This document shows positions 13,039 through 26,242 of a stretch of 64,000 nt of DNA, piece by piece (position 1 is the stretch's first letter; the number at the start of each line of letters is the position of its first letter). The translations under genes and the position numbers were made by a program. Source of the DNA: Podospora anserina (Eukaryota); contig CM030332.1 in NCBI GenBank assembly GCA_017654855.1, positions 4,836,001 through 4,900,000 on the forward strand, in the 5' to 3' direction. A model generated the notes under the pieces. That model did no database searches. It was not told the DNA's origin and worked only from the letters and a program-made list of their open reading frames with translations.

Positions 13039-13816
13039 ACGAACAGAGGAGAGAGTTTTGAGCCCTCCATCACACCGGCGCCATAGCCTAGCCAGCCATA
13101 TTGGTGGCTTGAGCTTTGTGAAACAAAGTAAGAATGCGAAAAAGAAGTGACAACCTTGTGGCTTCTATCCCCCAATCAACATGCAACTACAGTCAGTATG
13201 TCTACGACGATAGCTGGCATTGGGTGTAGTGGGCGGCTGGAAAGGAGGCAGGAGGCCGGGAATATTAGAGACAGATGGGTAGCTCAATGCTGCTAGGGGT
13301 GGAGGCAATATCTGGTTCTTTCGCTTGGCTCGCTGTTCAATTTTCCATGGGTTTTTCCTTCCCAAAGTCGGGTATGTTCGGTCTGCTTTGATAGTGAGGA
13401 GCAGATAGTGTAACTTGTATCAGGAACTGTACAATTTTCTTGTGTGCGGTCTCACCAAAAACAAACAGACGGATATCAAAACCAGTGTGATGTTGATGGG
13501 GGTTTCGTTAGCCCCTTGGTGTACATAGATCAGGTCATAACCATGTTTTATGTGTAAGATTTGTGCAACATTTGTGTATTGATATAGAGTCTCAAAATGC
13601 CCAATGCGATGTTTATGCCCAGCACCATGCAATGATAGAATCCGGGGGTATCTTTCCCAACAATGATAGTCCAACGATAACCAGCCAGCGATGCCATATA
13701 GCCCGAATCCAGTTCTCCCCACTTTATCATGAGACAAGATTCCCTAATCCAACAAAACCTTATTCCTTCTTCCTTGCCTCCACCTTTCCGGTCCCCTTCT
13801 CACATTTCCACGCCGG

Positions 13817-15367
13817 TTATCGAGGTGCCATCACCACTACCGCCTCCCCGTCCCCTCCAAACCACTTCATCCCCATATCTTTCACTTGCCTTCTGCTGGC
13901 TACATAGAGAAGGAGGTGCATGTGTCCAACCACGCACCCCCAACACCTGAGCCTCAGCCACCTAAAATCTTGATCTCGAGAGCAGCTTGTGCCCCAACCC
14001 GCGATCCCCTTCTCAATGTAGTCAGTCAGAAACATCCAAGCCGACAACTTCAAGTCTGCTGGCCACGAGGCGGTCTCTACCAGCCAGTATCCTCGCTCAA
14101 AGGGGCGCAACTCCCTAGTTTGCGACTGTGGCCTAAACCGAACAGAAAGATCCAGCTCCGTAGCTAGTTTTGCCAACACCGGACTGATAACGTCCTCAGG
14201 TCTGAGATCTGTCTGCGCTGCTGGGGGTGAAGGGGCGTATATCTGTAGCTTGGACTTGTAATAAGCAGTCGGCTTATTCGAGATGAGTTGGACGAGTGGT
14301 TGGCGACGAGGACCAATGTCGCTGGTGCTTCTGGTTAGAGGTTGGCCAGGCTGAGGGTCGGCGGCTGTCCGTCTGCGTTTTGCGATGGGCTCTGAGTCTG
14401 CCCGAGCGAGGGCCGGCGGTTCTTGGGAACAAGGGACTGATGTTTGGTTAGGGTTCGAAGAGTACAGTACCGTCTCCTCAATGATATCGCTCGTGGACAG
14501 CTGTGATGGTTGTGGGGGCGGGCGCTTTTGAACACAGATGTCTGGAGACTGGGGGATAATTTTATTTGCAGGATCGGAAGGTGACGGCAGATGGAGCTCC
14601 CTGTCGAGTGAGCTGTGCGGTCGTGCTCGGAGTGGCCTGTTGTTGATTGGATCTCGGGTTGAGCCCGGATAAGAGCTTGACTGTGGAGGAATTGACGGGA
14701 TTCTTAGTCGAGGTAGGCTTGGTTCCGGCAAGCTGCTTGGCTGAAGTGAACCTGTCTCTGGTGCTCCGGGCGCTTGACGAATGTTAGGTCGGCGAGGGCT
14801 CCTTCGAGGCTGCGAGCACAGGTAGCGTCCAGATTCAGATGCCGTGGCCAGCCTTTGAGATCTCCGACGAGCAAGAGGTGATGAGTCTACGTGCTGGCTA
14901 TCTAGTGATGATGTGAAGAAGTCCAAAGCCCTTGATGGTGTGCAAAAAATCTCAAACGGTGGGTGGTTGTTCGGCATCGAGTCTGGGATCTCGCTGGGCG
15001 GTGCTTGCCATGACGACTGTGTCTCGCTGATACAATGTTCTGTTACTGGAACAGCTCGTAGCCCAGGAGAGTCGAAATTATGCTCAGCGCTCTGAAAAGA
15101 CAGGATTGGCGATTTAATCCCACGGTTCAGTTGTGAGGATGGCGGGGCTTGATGAATTCCATATCCAACAAATTCTCTCCGGTTTAGCTGTGTGTCTCCT
15201 TCCACCTCGCCCCGGGCACGGGCCTGGACTTCTGTGACATTCGAAGGTTCAAAGTCAAGATATGCCCTCGCCAACGCTCGGTGTCTCACATCGTCGGCGG
15301 CTCTGGCAGGTGCAGCGATGTGCACCAGGATTTCGGTCTCAGGCCTCACCATATGACCCTCCTTCAT
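13817..15367 (-). CDS. Hypothetical protein, ~510 aa, Ser/Pro-rich with a folded-looking C-terminus; start at 15367 or 15352
   Basis: Long open frame with ILVHIAAPARAADD near the N-terminus and RPFERGYWLV..GWG..CWG at the C-terminus. The upstream extension to 15727 looks non-coding. Confidence 0.7.
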   Translation of the reverse strand: MKEGHMVRPETEILVHIAAPARAADDVRHRALARAYLDFEPSNVTEVQARARGEVEGDTQLNRREFVGYGIHQAPPSSQLNRGIKSPILSFQSAEHNFDSPGLRAVPVTEHCISETQSSWQAPPSEIPDSMPNNHPPFEIFCTPSRALDFFTSSLDSQHVDSSPLARRRSQRLATASESGRYLCSQPRRSPRRPNIRQAPGAPETGSLQPSSLPEPSLPRLRIPSIPPQSSSYPGSTRDPINNRPLRARPHSSLDRELHLPSPSDPANKIIPQSPDICVQKRPPPQPSQLSTSDIIEETVLYSSNPNQTSVPCSQEPPALARADSEPIAKRRRTAADPQPGQPLTRSTSDIGPRRQPLVQLISNKPTAYYKSKLQIYAPSPPAAQTDLRPEDVISPVLAKLATELDLSVRFRPQSQTRELRPFERGYWLVETASWPADLKLSAWMFLTDYIEKGIAGWGTSCSRDQDFRWLRLRCWGCVVGHMHLLLYVASRRQVKDMGMKWFGGDGEAVVVMAPR

Positions 15368-16024
15368 TCTCCGTCGCGATGTCCCTAATGGTAGATCGAG
15401 GAGTACGAATTGCTCATCAAAGGGGTGATAACGAGCAAAGTGGGTATCAAGTCTATCTTGAAGGTGAACTGTTGATGAAAGGCGCGGTCGAGGATGATGA
15501 AAGCCAAAGACCGCAAGTCGCAAAGAAATGAGCATATATAAGAATGAAAGTATGGAAACCAAAAAGAGGAAGAAATTAAGATCAAAAAACCAACAAAGGC
15601 TGCCTTGCTCCCCGAGTTGCTTCCATCCTCCTTGTGATACCAACAAGTGAATGAGACGGAGTGCGTGTGTGAATTGCTGCAGAAGAGACGCGGGGTGCTC
15701 CACCTGCCTGATACGGCAACTAGGCAACGTACCGTCCCACTGGGACTAGCTTGCCTGCCCCGGTAACCGCAACGGTGCAGCGCGCGCAAGCCGCCAGCTC
15801 ATCAAACGCGGTGAGGCAGGGCTGAGAAACAGCTGACGGGTAATTAAACATTTTTTGCCCCTGTATTCCGCCTAAACTTGGGGGAGCTGTCCAGTGGAAA
15901 GGAGATGCCAAGATAGCTTCGGAACCACAAGAAGAACAACACATCCCCAGCAATTGTCCATCCTCAACACCTCCCATCAAGCCCAAACCAACCCAATCCC
16001 TCCCCCGCAAGCACAACCCTCACA

Positions 16025-17207
16025 ATGGCGTCCGAAAAGAAGCCATCCCTCGGCTCTGCCATGGTAATCGGCGGCTGCGGCTTCCTCGGCCACCACGTCG
16101 TCCGCCTCCTCCTGCGCGACTACACCACCACCTCCATCTCGGTCATCGACCTCCGGTGCACGCGCAACCGCCGCCCCGAATCCGACGGCGTCAAGTACTA
16201 CGAAGCCGACATCACCGACGCCGACAAGCTCATCTCCGTCTTCTCAGAAGCCCGTCCCGACGTGGTCATCCACACTGCCTCCCCCCCAGCCCAATCCAAC
16301 GACAGCGTCTCCCACGCTCTCTTCAAAAAGGTCAACGTCGATGGCACCGCCGCCGTCATCAAGGCCTGCCAAACCACCGGCGTCAAGGCCCTGGTGTACA
16401 CCTCCTCCGCCTCGGTCATGTCAGACAACAAGTCCGACTTGATCAACGCAGACGAAAGATGGCCCACCGTCCGCGGTGAGAACCAGACAGAGTACTACTC
16501 CGAGACCAAGGTTTGTTTCCCTCTTTCCTCCAAACCTCCCATCATCTTGCTAACACGTCCCCCTCCAGGCCGCAGCAGAAGAGCTCGTCCTCCTCGCTAA
16601 CCGCGCCTCCCCCGCCCCCTCCCTCCTCACCTGCGCCATCCGCCCCTCGGGCATCATGGGCGAAGGCGACACAATGGTCCTCTACCACATGATCAACATC
16701 TACCGCCAAGGCCGCACCGGCGTCCAAGTCGGCGACAACAACAACCTCTTCGACTTCACCTACGTCGAAAACGTCGCCCACGGCCACCTCCTCGCCGCCC
16801 GCGCCCTCCTCCTCACTTCCTCCTCCTCCACCGTCCCCCTCGACCACGAGCGCGTCGACGGCGAAGCCTTCCTCGTCACCAACGACTCCCCGGTCTACTT
16901 TTGGGACTTTTGCCGGGCCATCTGGGCCGCCGCGGGATCGCCCATGGGGACGGACCACGTGAGGGTTCTGCCGAGGGGTGCGGGAATGGTGTTGGGCTTC
17001 TTGAGCGAGTGCTTTTTTGCCATGATTGGGAAGCCGCCTACGTTTAACAGGCAGAGGATTGTGTATAGCTGCATGACGAGGTATTACGACATTAGCAAGG
17101 CGAAGAAGAGGTTGGGGTACAGGCCGTTGGTGAGCTTGGATGAGGGGGTGAGGAGGAGTGTCAAGTGGACGTTGGAGCAGGAGAAGGTGAATGCTGAGAA
17201 GAAGTAA
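16025..17207 (+). CDS. ERG26: Sterol-4-alpha-carboxylate 3-dehydrogenase (C-3 sterol dehydrogenase); exons 16025-16510, 16569-17207
   Basis: GGCGFLG Rossmann motif, VYTSSASV, YSETK (YxxxK), FDFTYVENVAHGH and GEAFLVTND. Confidence 0.93.
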
Positions 17208-17775
17208 ACAGCGCGGGAATTTTGGGTTTGGATGGTTTGAGATGTAGGTCGGAAGAGATACCAATTGGGCATTTTTGTTTGGGAAGGGGAGAAGAGATAT
17301 ATGAAACGTATATAATACATAATTAACGACTGATGGGCGGCCGAGAGGGGTTGGATGGATGGAAAAAATGATGGGTGGTGGTGATGGTGGAAAAGGGAGG
17401 ATGCATATGATCAATATAAGCGCACTAAATATTTCGTTTAACCTTGTGGATAAAAGGGGCCAGGGTCCTGATTTCTGGTCAAGTCGTGCTTGTTGGATTG
17501 GTGATGTAGAGCACTGTGCCGTGAACGACACACCCACTTGGTGGGAGTAAGACAGCCACACATCACCATGGTTTTAGCAAGTGGAATGGCCCCCATCAGA
17601 ACAAACTCCTTCCCATTTTCCTTGCCACCTCAGATCATCTACCCAACATACAACAACTCAGCCACAGAAAGCAAAGCTCACCAGCACACAAACACCACAC
17701 CACCTGCTATGTATCAAGAAACATTTCACATCAAAAGTTCAAAACGGCGCTCAAAAATAGCTTGCTTTGTTGGTT

Positions 17776-17777
<2 letters not shown>

Positions 17778-17867
<90 letters not shown>
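17778..17867. repeat. Perfect (TC)45 microsatellite
   Basis: Uninterrupted TC run read directly from the sequence. Confidence 0.98.
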
Positions 17868-17870
<3 letters not shown>

Positions 17871-18455
17871 TCCCCTGACACACACACAGTCACATACAAA
17901 CAGTCACCACCACCCACACAAGATTTCACTGTTTTCACTCCCACTCTCCCAATCCATTCCAAGTCAAACCCATCCATCAATTCTGTCTTTCTCTCACACA
18001 ACAGTCTAAAAAAAAAACACCCCCTTTCCCTTCCTTCCCTATGTCCCTTCTCTGCTTCCTTTGCTTTTTTGGAATCGAAACACCCGACAATTCAAGAAAT
18101 ATCAGACATAAAAGAGTAGAAAAAGAACAAGAGTGGCATGCTCCCCCTTTGTTTGTCCACCGTGTGCCAAGTAACAACAAGCGCTCTTCCCCAGAGAAAG
18201 ATTGAACTTGAACCCCCTTCCACCTCCATCCTTACTCCCAACCAACAAACAAACAAATGGAAACCCACTGCAAAAAAAGAAAGGAAAAAAAAAAACGCCT
18301 GCAGCTATGCTTGCAATATCTTCAAACCAGTAGTGACCACAACAACCCTCCTTTTCGACTTTTTGTTTCTGTACCCAGAGGGGAGGTAGGTATCATAACT
18401 CCGGTCTCATATACCCAGAGGGCGGAGAAGGAGGCAACTGTTCCGCCACTGCTTC

Positions 18456-21400
18456 CTACGCAGTCCCGGTAGTCAACCCGTTATTCTGTCTCCCCCACCC
18501 CGAGTTCCTCCACTCCCCTCTGTTTCCCTGTCCTGGTGGTCCTGGAGGCTGGTTGTGCTGCGGCTGTTGTTGTGGCGGCTGTGATGGTGTCAAATGCCCT
18601 TGGTTCCCGGCCTCCGGTCCTCTGTATGGTGACTGTTGGGGCGGGTCATACGGTCCACGTTTGTGTGGTGGTGGCGTGCCCTGAACAGGTGGTGTTGCCG
18701 CTGCCGCAAAGGCTGGTATCGTTGGCTCCTGCATTGGTCGCACGCTGCTTTCCTGCTGCCATGATGCCGGGTCAGTTTCTATCCTCCTCGGCGGTGGGCG
18801 GCTGGGGTTGTTGTCGTGGCGGCCCATCAGCTCTCCTACGTCACTATACTGTCGGATTGGGCCGTTGGCTGCACGGTCGCCGAAACGCTTCAGAATTTCC
18901 TTGGTTGTCAATTCGGCACTGTTGTTGAATAATGATTGATCTTGCAGGAGATCGGCCAGGTCATCAGGGACCTACATTCGTGTTAGCATGTTGTTCGCAA
19001 AAGTGTAGGCAGACATGAAACTTGCCAGACACATCTCCTCAATACTAGCAATTATAACCTCCACGGCCTGAATGGCAAACATGGGGTCGCTGTCAAGGCT
19101 TGCAGCCTTGTTGGCATCCAACAAAACGTTGGGGGCAATGACGGTGGCCAGATTCCTGATGTCCATCTTGGATCCGGATTCATCGTCCACCTGGTGGAAA
19201 GATCCCACCCATTTCAAGAAACAAAACAAAACTTCCAAGCAATCGCGGTTCGCTTTTGGAAGCAAGCAGCATGCCAAGTGCAGGCAGTGCTTCCTCTTCT
19301 CTGGATCTGGGATCTTGGCCGCTGTTAACCAAAGACGGTAGAGTTTCTGCGTCATCAAAGGATCTGGGAGTTCTCGCAGGTATCGCTTCAAGAGGGCGGC
19401 CAGCTGAACAACATGCGTCGAGCTAAAATCAACATCCTCTTCCCTGTCCAGCGCTTCGGCTACCTCTCCCAACTTCTTGAGGTTGCCACTCTTTCGGAAG
19501 ACACCTTCAACCGAGAGGTCCATTTGCTTCATTGCCGAGATGATGTCGTCGATAATGGAAGGGATCTTCAAAGTACCAGGTCCGACACCATCGGTCGACT
19601 CGCAACCGTCCCGCTCAATGATGACTTCCAATGGGACGCCAAACACCCCCTTCTTCTTGACGGCCTTTTGCTTGTCATTTTTGAACGCCTTGCCAATGTT
19701 CTTCCAGAAAGTAGGAGCCTTCTTGTTCTCAATGAACCCCAGGAGCTCCTCCAGCGTAAACTCATTCTCAACCATAGGATGCATCGTCATGACAGCCAAG
19801 TGTCTGACGATAAAGTACTCCAGTCCTGATAACTCCGAGAAATACCGTCGTGTGCCTCGCATGGTGCCCTGGTCTGGGAGACCGCGTGAACCGACTCCTT
19901 TGCCATCTGACAGACTTCGCTGGTGCATGTAATTAGCACCACCAGCACCCAGTCGTGGTTCCGTGGCCGGAGACCGGAAAAGCTCCTGGCGGTTCTGGTT
20001 TGGCTGATAGGACCTTTGTTCCCTTGCCGCTTGCTCAGCCGCAACAATCCTTGGGATATCGTCGAGTGTCAAGGCGTCCTGATTGGGCAATGTCATGTCC
20101 TCTTCATCGATAGGCCCGCGCTCGTCGACAATATGGAATCCCCTACTCTGACCCCCCTCGCCTGTGCCACCAGCCGACCCTGGCCGCACGCTGCTGCTCT
20201 CAGGTCCATCCAGAATCCTTGATGTCCTTGCCTTTCTAAAGCTGGACGACAAGTGCTTGTCCATACGGGTGCTTTTTAGTCTTCGGACATCATTGAGAGC
20301 GCTCTCGTAGGACGACTCTCGATGATGCCGTGGATAATCGCCCCCTTGCTGCCTGGACCTACCCTCAGCAGAGTCAAGATCGCCTCCGTTTGGATCGTCA
20401 CCATTGTCAAGAGCGCCGTTCACTCGAAGAATCTCCAGCAGTCTAGCCAGGGCAACCTGGAGCAGGAAGACGTATTGTTGAAGCTTGGTAATGTGTTCAA
20501 ACGGCGAAAGGTGTGCAGGAATATGAGGGTCGCAAGTACTGCAAAATACCTTGGTGTCGTAGGGTTTCAACCGGGCCTCTTGAAGCTTGCGACCAAGCTC
20601 TTTGCCGCAATGCGAGCAGTTGACGCAGGCCAGGTGCCACCGTTTATCTCCACTCTTTGCACATTCGTCTTCGATGGGCTTATGGCAGAGGATGCACTGG
20701 TCCGAGTCATGTGCTGATAATCTGGACATGCCCGAAGTCAACTGGAGTGTGGTTGTAGAATGGTCGTCCACTTTGAGCGCTTCGAGATCGCTCAGATCAT
20801 CCAGGAAATTGTAAAGGCCATCTGGTGAGTTCCTTTCTTTTTCGATCCGAAGAGCGCCTTGCAGACAGATTCTGATAAGTAGCTTCAAATAGTGGGCAAG
20901 ACCGGTGACAAGCGTCAACAGCTCTTGCGTGACACCAGGCTTACGTGTAACACGGTCTTGGGTCTTGGACAGCAGCGAGAAGAATGCCACGATCTTTTTG
21001 CAAAGCAATTTGGCCTCACGCCCGTATGCCAAACCAGCTGCGTATTCCATTAGCACAACGTTACGAGGTTAGGGTGCACCAAGAGGGTTCTTCTTACATT
21101 TGGGGTCCGCGTCGCTGGACATAGTGGCGTCGAGTCGGTCTGCAGAACGGAAAAGGATGTCGACATGGAAGATGAACTTCTTCGCCACCATGACACCATC
21201 CACATAGGCGCCATTGCTCACATGCAGGAGCATGTCTGATATACAAGCAGCCGAAGACTCTTCGAAGGTCGACAGCACGCTCCAGATCCGGTATACCTTC
21301 TCCTCCATGCGTTCCTCCTCGCCGCGGACGTGCTCGCGGCCCGCAGTGTCATCTTGGGTGATGACAGGCGCTTCTTGTGGTGAATTGAGGCGGACGTTCC

Positions 21401-22219
21401 AAAACTTGTGGATCATGTAGCATTCAGGATGCCAGTGCTGGTTTTGTCCGTTTCGGAATATTTCAACGAATTGTTTCAGGATCGAGGTTTGACAACCGCT
21501 GCATCGTTGGGCGAACTGGGTCGAGTAATGGTAATGGCAATAAACCTGGCCATCATGCTCATAATAGCTGTCTTGAGCACCGAATACTGTTGGGCAAAGG
21601 GAGCAGGTGAAGTGATCGACGTGGTATTTGCGATCGAGCGCAGTTATGTAGGAACCTCGTAATGCTCCACCGCATTGATGGCACAGCAGGCCTAGTCGTC
21701 GGAAGTAATCCGTTTCGCAAAGGGGGTATTGTCCCTCGCCGTTCTCGTCCTCTGCTGGGAAGAATTTGGAAGCTACGATTTGTCCGCAATCCTGCAAAGC
21801 GGTTAGAAAAACAACACAAGGGCCAAAAAGCGCCACACCGCCAACCAGAGGGCAGCATGTTCAAAAAAACACCAAAAATCACAACTTACCCGGCACTTGA
21901 AGCAGTCCAAATGGAATGTGCCATCCAGAGCGCGAACGAATTGACCTGTCAAAGGCTCTCCACACTTCTTGCAGACACGCACCTGGCCACTGGCTGTCCT
22001 AGCCTGCCGTGGCCGCGATCTGTTGCGCTCGCCGCTTTGTCTCAACTCCAAGTCTGCTTCTCCGTTGCCGCCCTGAGCTGCTGGTGAGTTTGGGGCTCTG
22101 CCATTGTGAGGATGGCCGTGAGGGTTCCCAAGAGGATCACCGTGTGCCCAATCGCCGCCTCCTAGGCCCAGGCTACCAGGAGCTCCGCCACCAGCACCAC
22201 CATAGTCGTATCCTGCCAT
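18456..22219 (-). CDS. LRG1: LIM-domain RhoGAP Lrg1; exons 22219-21890, 21791-21098, 21037-19026, 18971-18456 (start codon tentative)
   Basis: LIM domains (CKKCGEPL..FHLDCFKC, CHQCGGAL..HVDHFTC, CILCHKPI..WHLACVNC) and a RhoGAP domain (VEGVFRKSG, LRELPDPL, KMDIRNLATVIAPN). Confidence 0.92.
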
Positions 22220-23558
22220 TGTGGACTGATCCTGAATCCGTCCACTGATGTTCGTCACACTACACCATGTGCGTTCGTCTCCAAAGTAAACAATCGGGGT
22301 TGTGGTGGTGGTGAAAGCAAAACTCGAGGGTCGAGGTCGCGGGCGCGGTCGTGGAGTGAGGAAACCGGGGGCTCAGCCAGGAGAGGGCCCGACATCAAGC
22401 CACGACTGGGCCAAAATAAAACGACGATAGTTCGCTGCGGGCAGTCGGTCTGAATGTAGTATGCGTTGGTAAAGGCGGGGCTGAAGATAACCAACACGAT
22501 AGGTAAGCGTCGCTCTGGGCAGAGGCTGTGCGGCAACAAGTGTCGAGCAAATAATCGGCTGGCTGGGCACGCACGATGGGAGGTTGAGGCTGAACGACGA
22601 CGACGTTGAGCGAGCGAGAGCAACAGCGGGCCTTGGGCCTTACTGGGCAGCGAGTCGGCGGAGCAGTCGAAAAAGGGCAGCCTCGTGGTATGGAGAGGAG
22701 AGGTACAGCCAGCTCGGTCTTTTTGCAAACTCGGATCTCGACGTCCCAATGTCTGGCCCAAATGGATTGCACGTCGTGGGATGGGGATGCGGATGCGCTG
22801 AGGTTGGCTGGAGATGACAGGAGTGGAAGACGTTCAGGAGGTCGGGTTCCAGTGCGAGGTGGGTGGTCCACAGTTTAGGTACCTTACCTACTCTCCCCAG
22901 TCGGGTCAAGACAGCAGCGATCGACAGCCCCCCGCCACGGCGGAGCGCCAATTTCAGGCTTGCTGGGAGACAGGGACAGCGCCTTCTTTTAGGGGAGGTC
23001 GCACTCGAATGAGAGCTGTGGGTGCCGTAGCGTAGCCGTTGTGTAGGTAGAGGCAGAGATCAGAATCATCAACGGCCGATCAGTATTCGCGCTTGGAAAG
23101 AGAATCAAGATAAGATGCTTGACGCTCGAAACAACACGCGGGAGATGGGCGCATCCTTCTCCTTGAATTTCCCTAGGGTCGCCGCAGAGAGCCATGACCG
23201 CTGCCCGAGTTCTGCTCCGCCGCCAAGACCTTTCCGCTGGTGCCCTATAATTTTTAGTGACAACGGCCAAATGGGGAAATTGCCCACTTATGCCCAAAGT
23301 TATTCAGAGGAATGGCAGCATCGTGCCATGGGATTTTGGATGCATTTCGGCCCAAAGTGTCTGTTTGTAAGGAGAACAATCCCTCTCCCGTCTCCCTTAC
23401 CTGCAGAGAGACATGAGTAGGTAAGAAGAACCACAAGGCACAGGCACCGTCTTTTTGCTTTGTCCTGCCGGGTTTTTTGTTATGTACCCGTGGAGCTTGG
23501 ACGGGACGGGATGGGATGGGATGGGATGATGCAAAGGCAGGGAGGGGCCCAACGGTGT

Positions 23559-23609
23559 TCCTCTCTCGCTGCAACAATTGCTCCTCTCTCGCTGCAACAA
23601 TTGCTCCTC
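23559..23609. repeat. 23-bp direct tandem repeat (TCCTCTCTCGCTGCAACAATTGC x2.2), preceded by a GGGAT/GGGAC run at ~23500-23528
   Basis: Two identical adjacent copies seen directly in the sequence. Confidence 0.9.
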
Positions 23610-23916
23610 GGGTGGGGTTATGGAGGAGGCATTTCGATGCTATTTACAAAGACGAATCAAGGGACCACCTTCTCGGATATCTTCGATCTGATCATCTCGA
23701 CCTCCCATCGGTAGGTGTATGCCATGCAGATGAATATTCGTACATCACGCAAGTCGATAATCAGCTGCAGGAACCCATACTCATGCTGACCTGCATGCAG
23801 AAAACACGAGCTCTTTTCATAGTGACTAAATATTACGCAGGACAAAATAACTACCATCATCAACACATGTTATCAAACATCACCCACCACCAACGCACTT
23901 ATACAAAACCCCTATC

Positions 23917-25563
23917 TTAGGCCTTTACCAATTTCTTCAGCCTCCTTTCGATGACGTCTCTCCCCTCGAGGGTATCCCAGACACGATGGGGAGCCTTGTC
24001 AACAATATCCCAGTCTTCCAGCTTCCTGGTAAGGTGGCTTAGATCCCGTTGCTACAATCATCCAGTCAGCCTGCATTCAGCATAAAACCGGTGCCATCAT
24101 CAGGTACATACCTTAACTTCCCACTCACTATCCCGTCTTATTTGTTCTCCAGAGCTAATAATAACCAGTGGCGTCTCCTTGTCCTGAATGGCCCGGCTTG
24201 AAGCAACGTCTCGCTTCGTGAGAGAGTCGGCCACCAGACTTTCCTGCAGTTTGGCAAAGATGGTGGAGCCAGATTGATACGAGGCACGGCCCCAAACTCG
24301 GTCCACGGAGCGTCTCCCTCTGAGTAGCGCACCGAGGATTCTATCAATTCCACACGGCGAGATGACGCCTCTCAGCCAGAGCAAGAACCCACGGCCTGGG
24401 TCTCCGACTCTTGAGAGCAGATCCTCATGAAGCGGATCAATCATCAACAAGCCCCTCACATCTTCTCCGTGTCTTGAGCTGAACACTCTCGAGTAGATCG
24501 ACCCAATCCCAGCACTGACCAAAACCCAGGGACCCTCCTCTCCAGCCCTCGACAATGTCTCCCCCAAGACATCCGAAGCCATGCTGGCCGAGAGTGGCGA
24601 CGGAGCAGTGTCACTCCAAGCCATACCGGGCCTATCCGCAAAGCAGAACCTCTCAATCGAGCCATTTTTGACCGCATTCTCGGCCAGCTGCCACAGGCCC
24701 CTTTCAACCGGATCCTCACCTCCCTCAATCAACACCGTTGTCGACTTTGCCCCGCTGGCATCAGTCTTGTTCCCGTAGCAGTACAGATGAATCTGGTACT
24801 TATCCTCATCCACCCAGTACCTCTCACCCGGCGGTCTCAGCCCAGAATCAACCGCTCTCAAGATCAAGGTACAAGTCATGAGCACCACCACCGCAGTAAT
24901 CACCGAAAGCGCCACACTCGACAGCAGCACCTCTGTCCACTCCAGCAACGTCCTCCTGTGCTCCGGCCGCCCAGTCAACCTCTCCTCTTCCTCCGCCTTA
25001 CCCCACTGAACCGTCCTGTCCGCAATGACCACCCACCCCACCATGAGCGTAGCCCAAACGACACTCCCTATCCCAACCCAAATCTCCTCATGTCTCGTCC
25101 TCGTCACCGCAACGATAACAATCGTGTCAACCAGCAACAGCCCCGCAAGAACCAGACTCAGAACCCGTTGGCTCTTACTCGGCACCGCAAAGAAGATCAA
25201 CGAGATGGTAAGCGTAACTAGCGCAACAGTAGCGTAACTAAAGCTGAAGAAGGGTGATCCGCGAACGTGAAGACCGGGCGGTGTGACGAAGACGGAGACG
25301 ACCATCAACACCCACCAGATGAATGTCAGGATGGTGAGCGCGACGGTGGCGTAGCGGACCAGGCGGACGGTGAAGAGGTTGTAGGGGGACACGGCTGGGT
25401 CGTCGGGGGAGAGGTAAGGGCCGTTGGAGGGGTTGTGGGGGGTGTAGGTTGTGCTGTCGACGCGGTTGGGGAGGAGGCGGGTGTGTTCGTTTGTTGTGGT
25501 GGGGTGGTGGTCCTCTTCGGAGGAGTAGCGCCGGTCCGAGGACCGAATGCCGTTTGTGGACAT
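23917..25563 (-). CDS. Integral membrane protein with C-terminal alpha/beta-hydrolase-like domain (DUF2417-type); exons 25563-24112, 24051-23917
   Basis: About 5 hydrophobic segments after YLSPDDPAVSPYNL, then DRPGMAWSD, PWVLVSAGIGS and LMIDPLHE. One canonical intron. Confidence 0.85.
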
Positions 25564-26242
25564 GGTGAGAGGTGAGATAGTGACAGCAAGGTAGGTTAAG
25601 GTTGTAGATGTGAAGGTAAGGGTAGACTAGACTATGGTGCCGACTAGCAGCAGTTCATTGTCTATATGTCCTGTGAAGATATTCCCCACCAAGATAACCG
25701 AAGTGAAAAAACTAAAGCGGCCTTGTAAATGATGGAAAATAGATATGGTTCTTCTTTAGTGACGGATCAGATATCAATTTCGCCTTGTCGCAGCAAGGTC
25801 ATGGGGGGGGGTCTCCCACAATCAACGACGTCATAACTTGTTAGTTCTATGATAGGCCTGTTTTGGGTGTAGCAGGACGCTAATTGGTCGGTTTGGTCGG
25901 TTTGTTCAACCTTCCCGAACGCCAAAATCACGATGGATCGGCCGCTAACATCGACAGCCAAGGAATTGGCACTTTTGGGGGCACATGGTTTTTGATTGCT
26001 GGGAGTCCCTTGGTGCGTTTCGACATATAGGCTTCGTAGACGTTGCCTCAACCTTGATTGCTTTGGCTACACTGCTGCCTTCGGATGAATTGTCTCCAAA
26101 GTGGTCGATTTTGGGTCACTTTCCTGATCTCTCTGGTCTTACTTTTCTCATGATTGCCATCGTACATGCAGAGAATTCCCCCCAAGTTCATCGCATGGAC
26201 ATTTTCCTTCCCAACCTTATCCCCCTCGAAAAGACCTCCCCT

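Noticed and set aside
16542-17561. 339-aa minus-strand ORF
   Set aside because: Antisense shadow of ERG26 exon 2.
17538-18119. ORFs with SL/RE repeats
   Set aside because: Translation of the TC microsatellite, which contains no stop codons.
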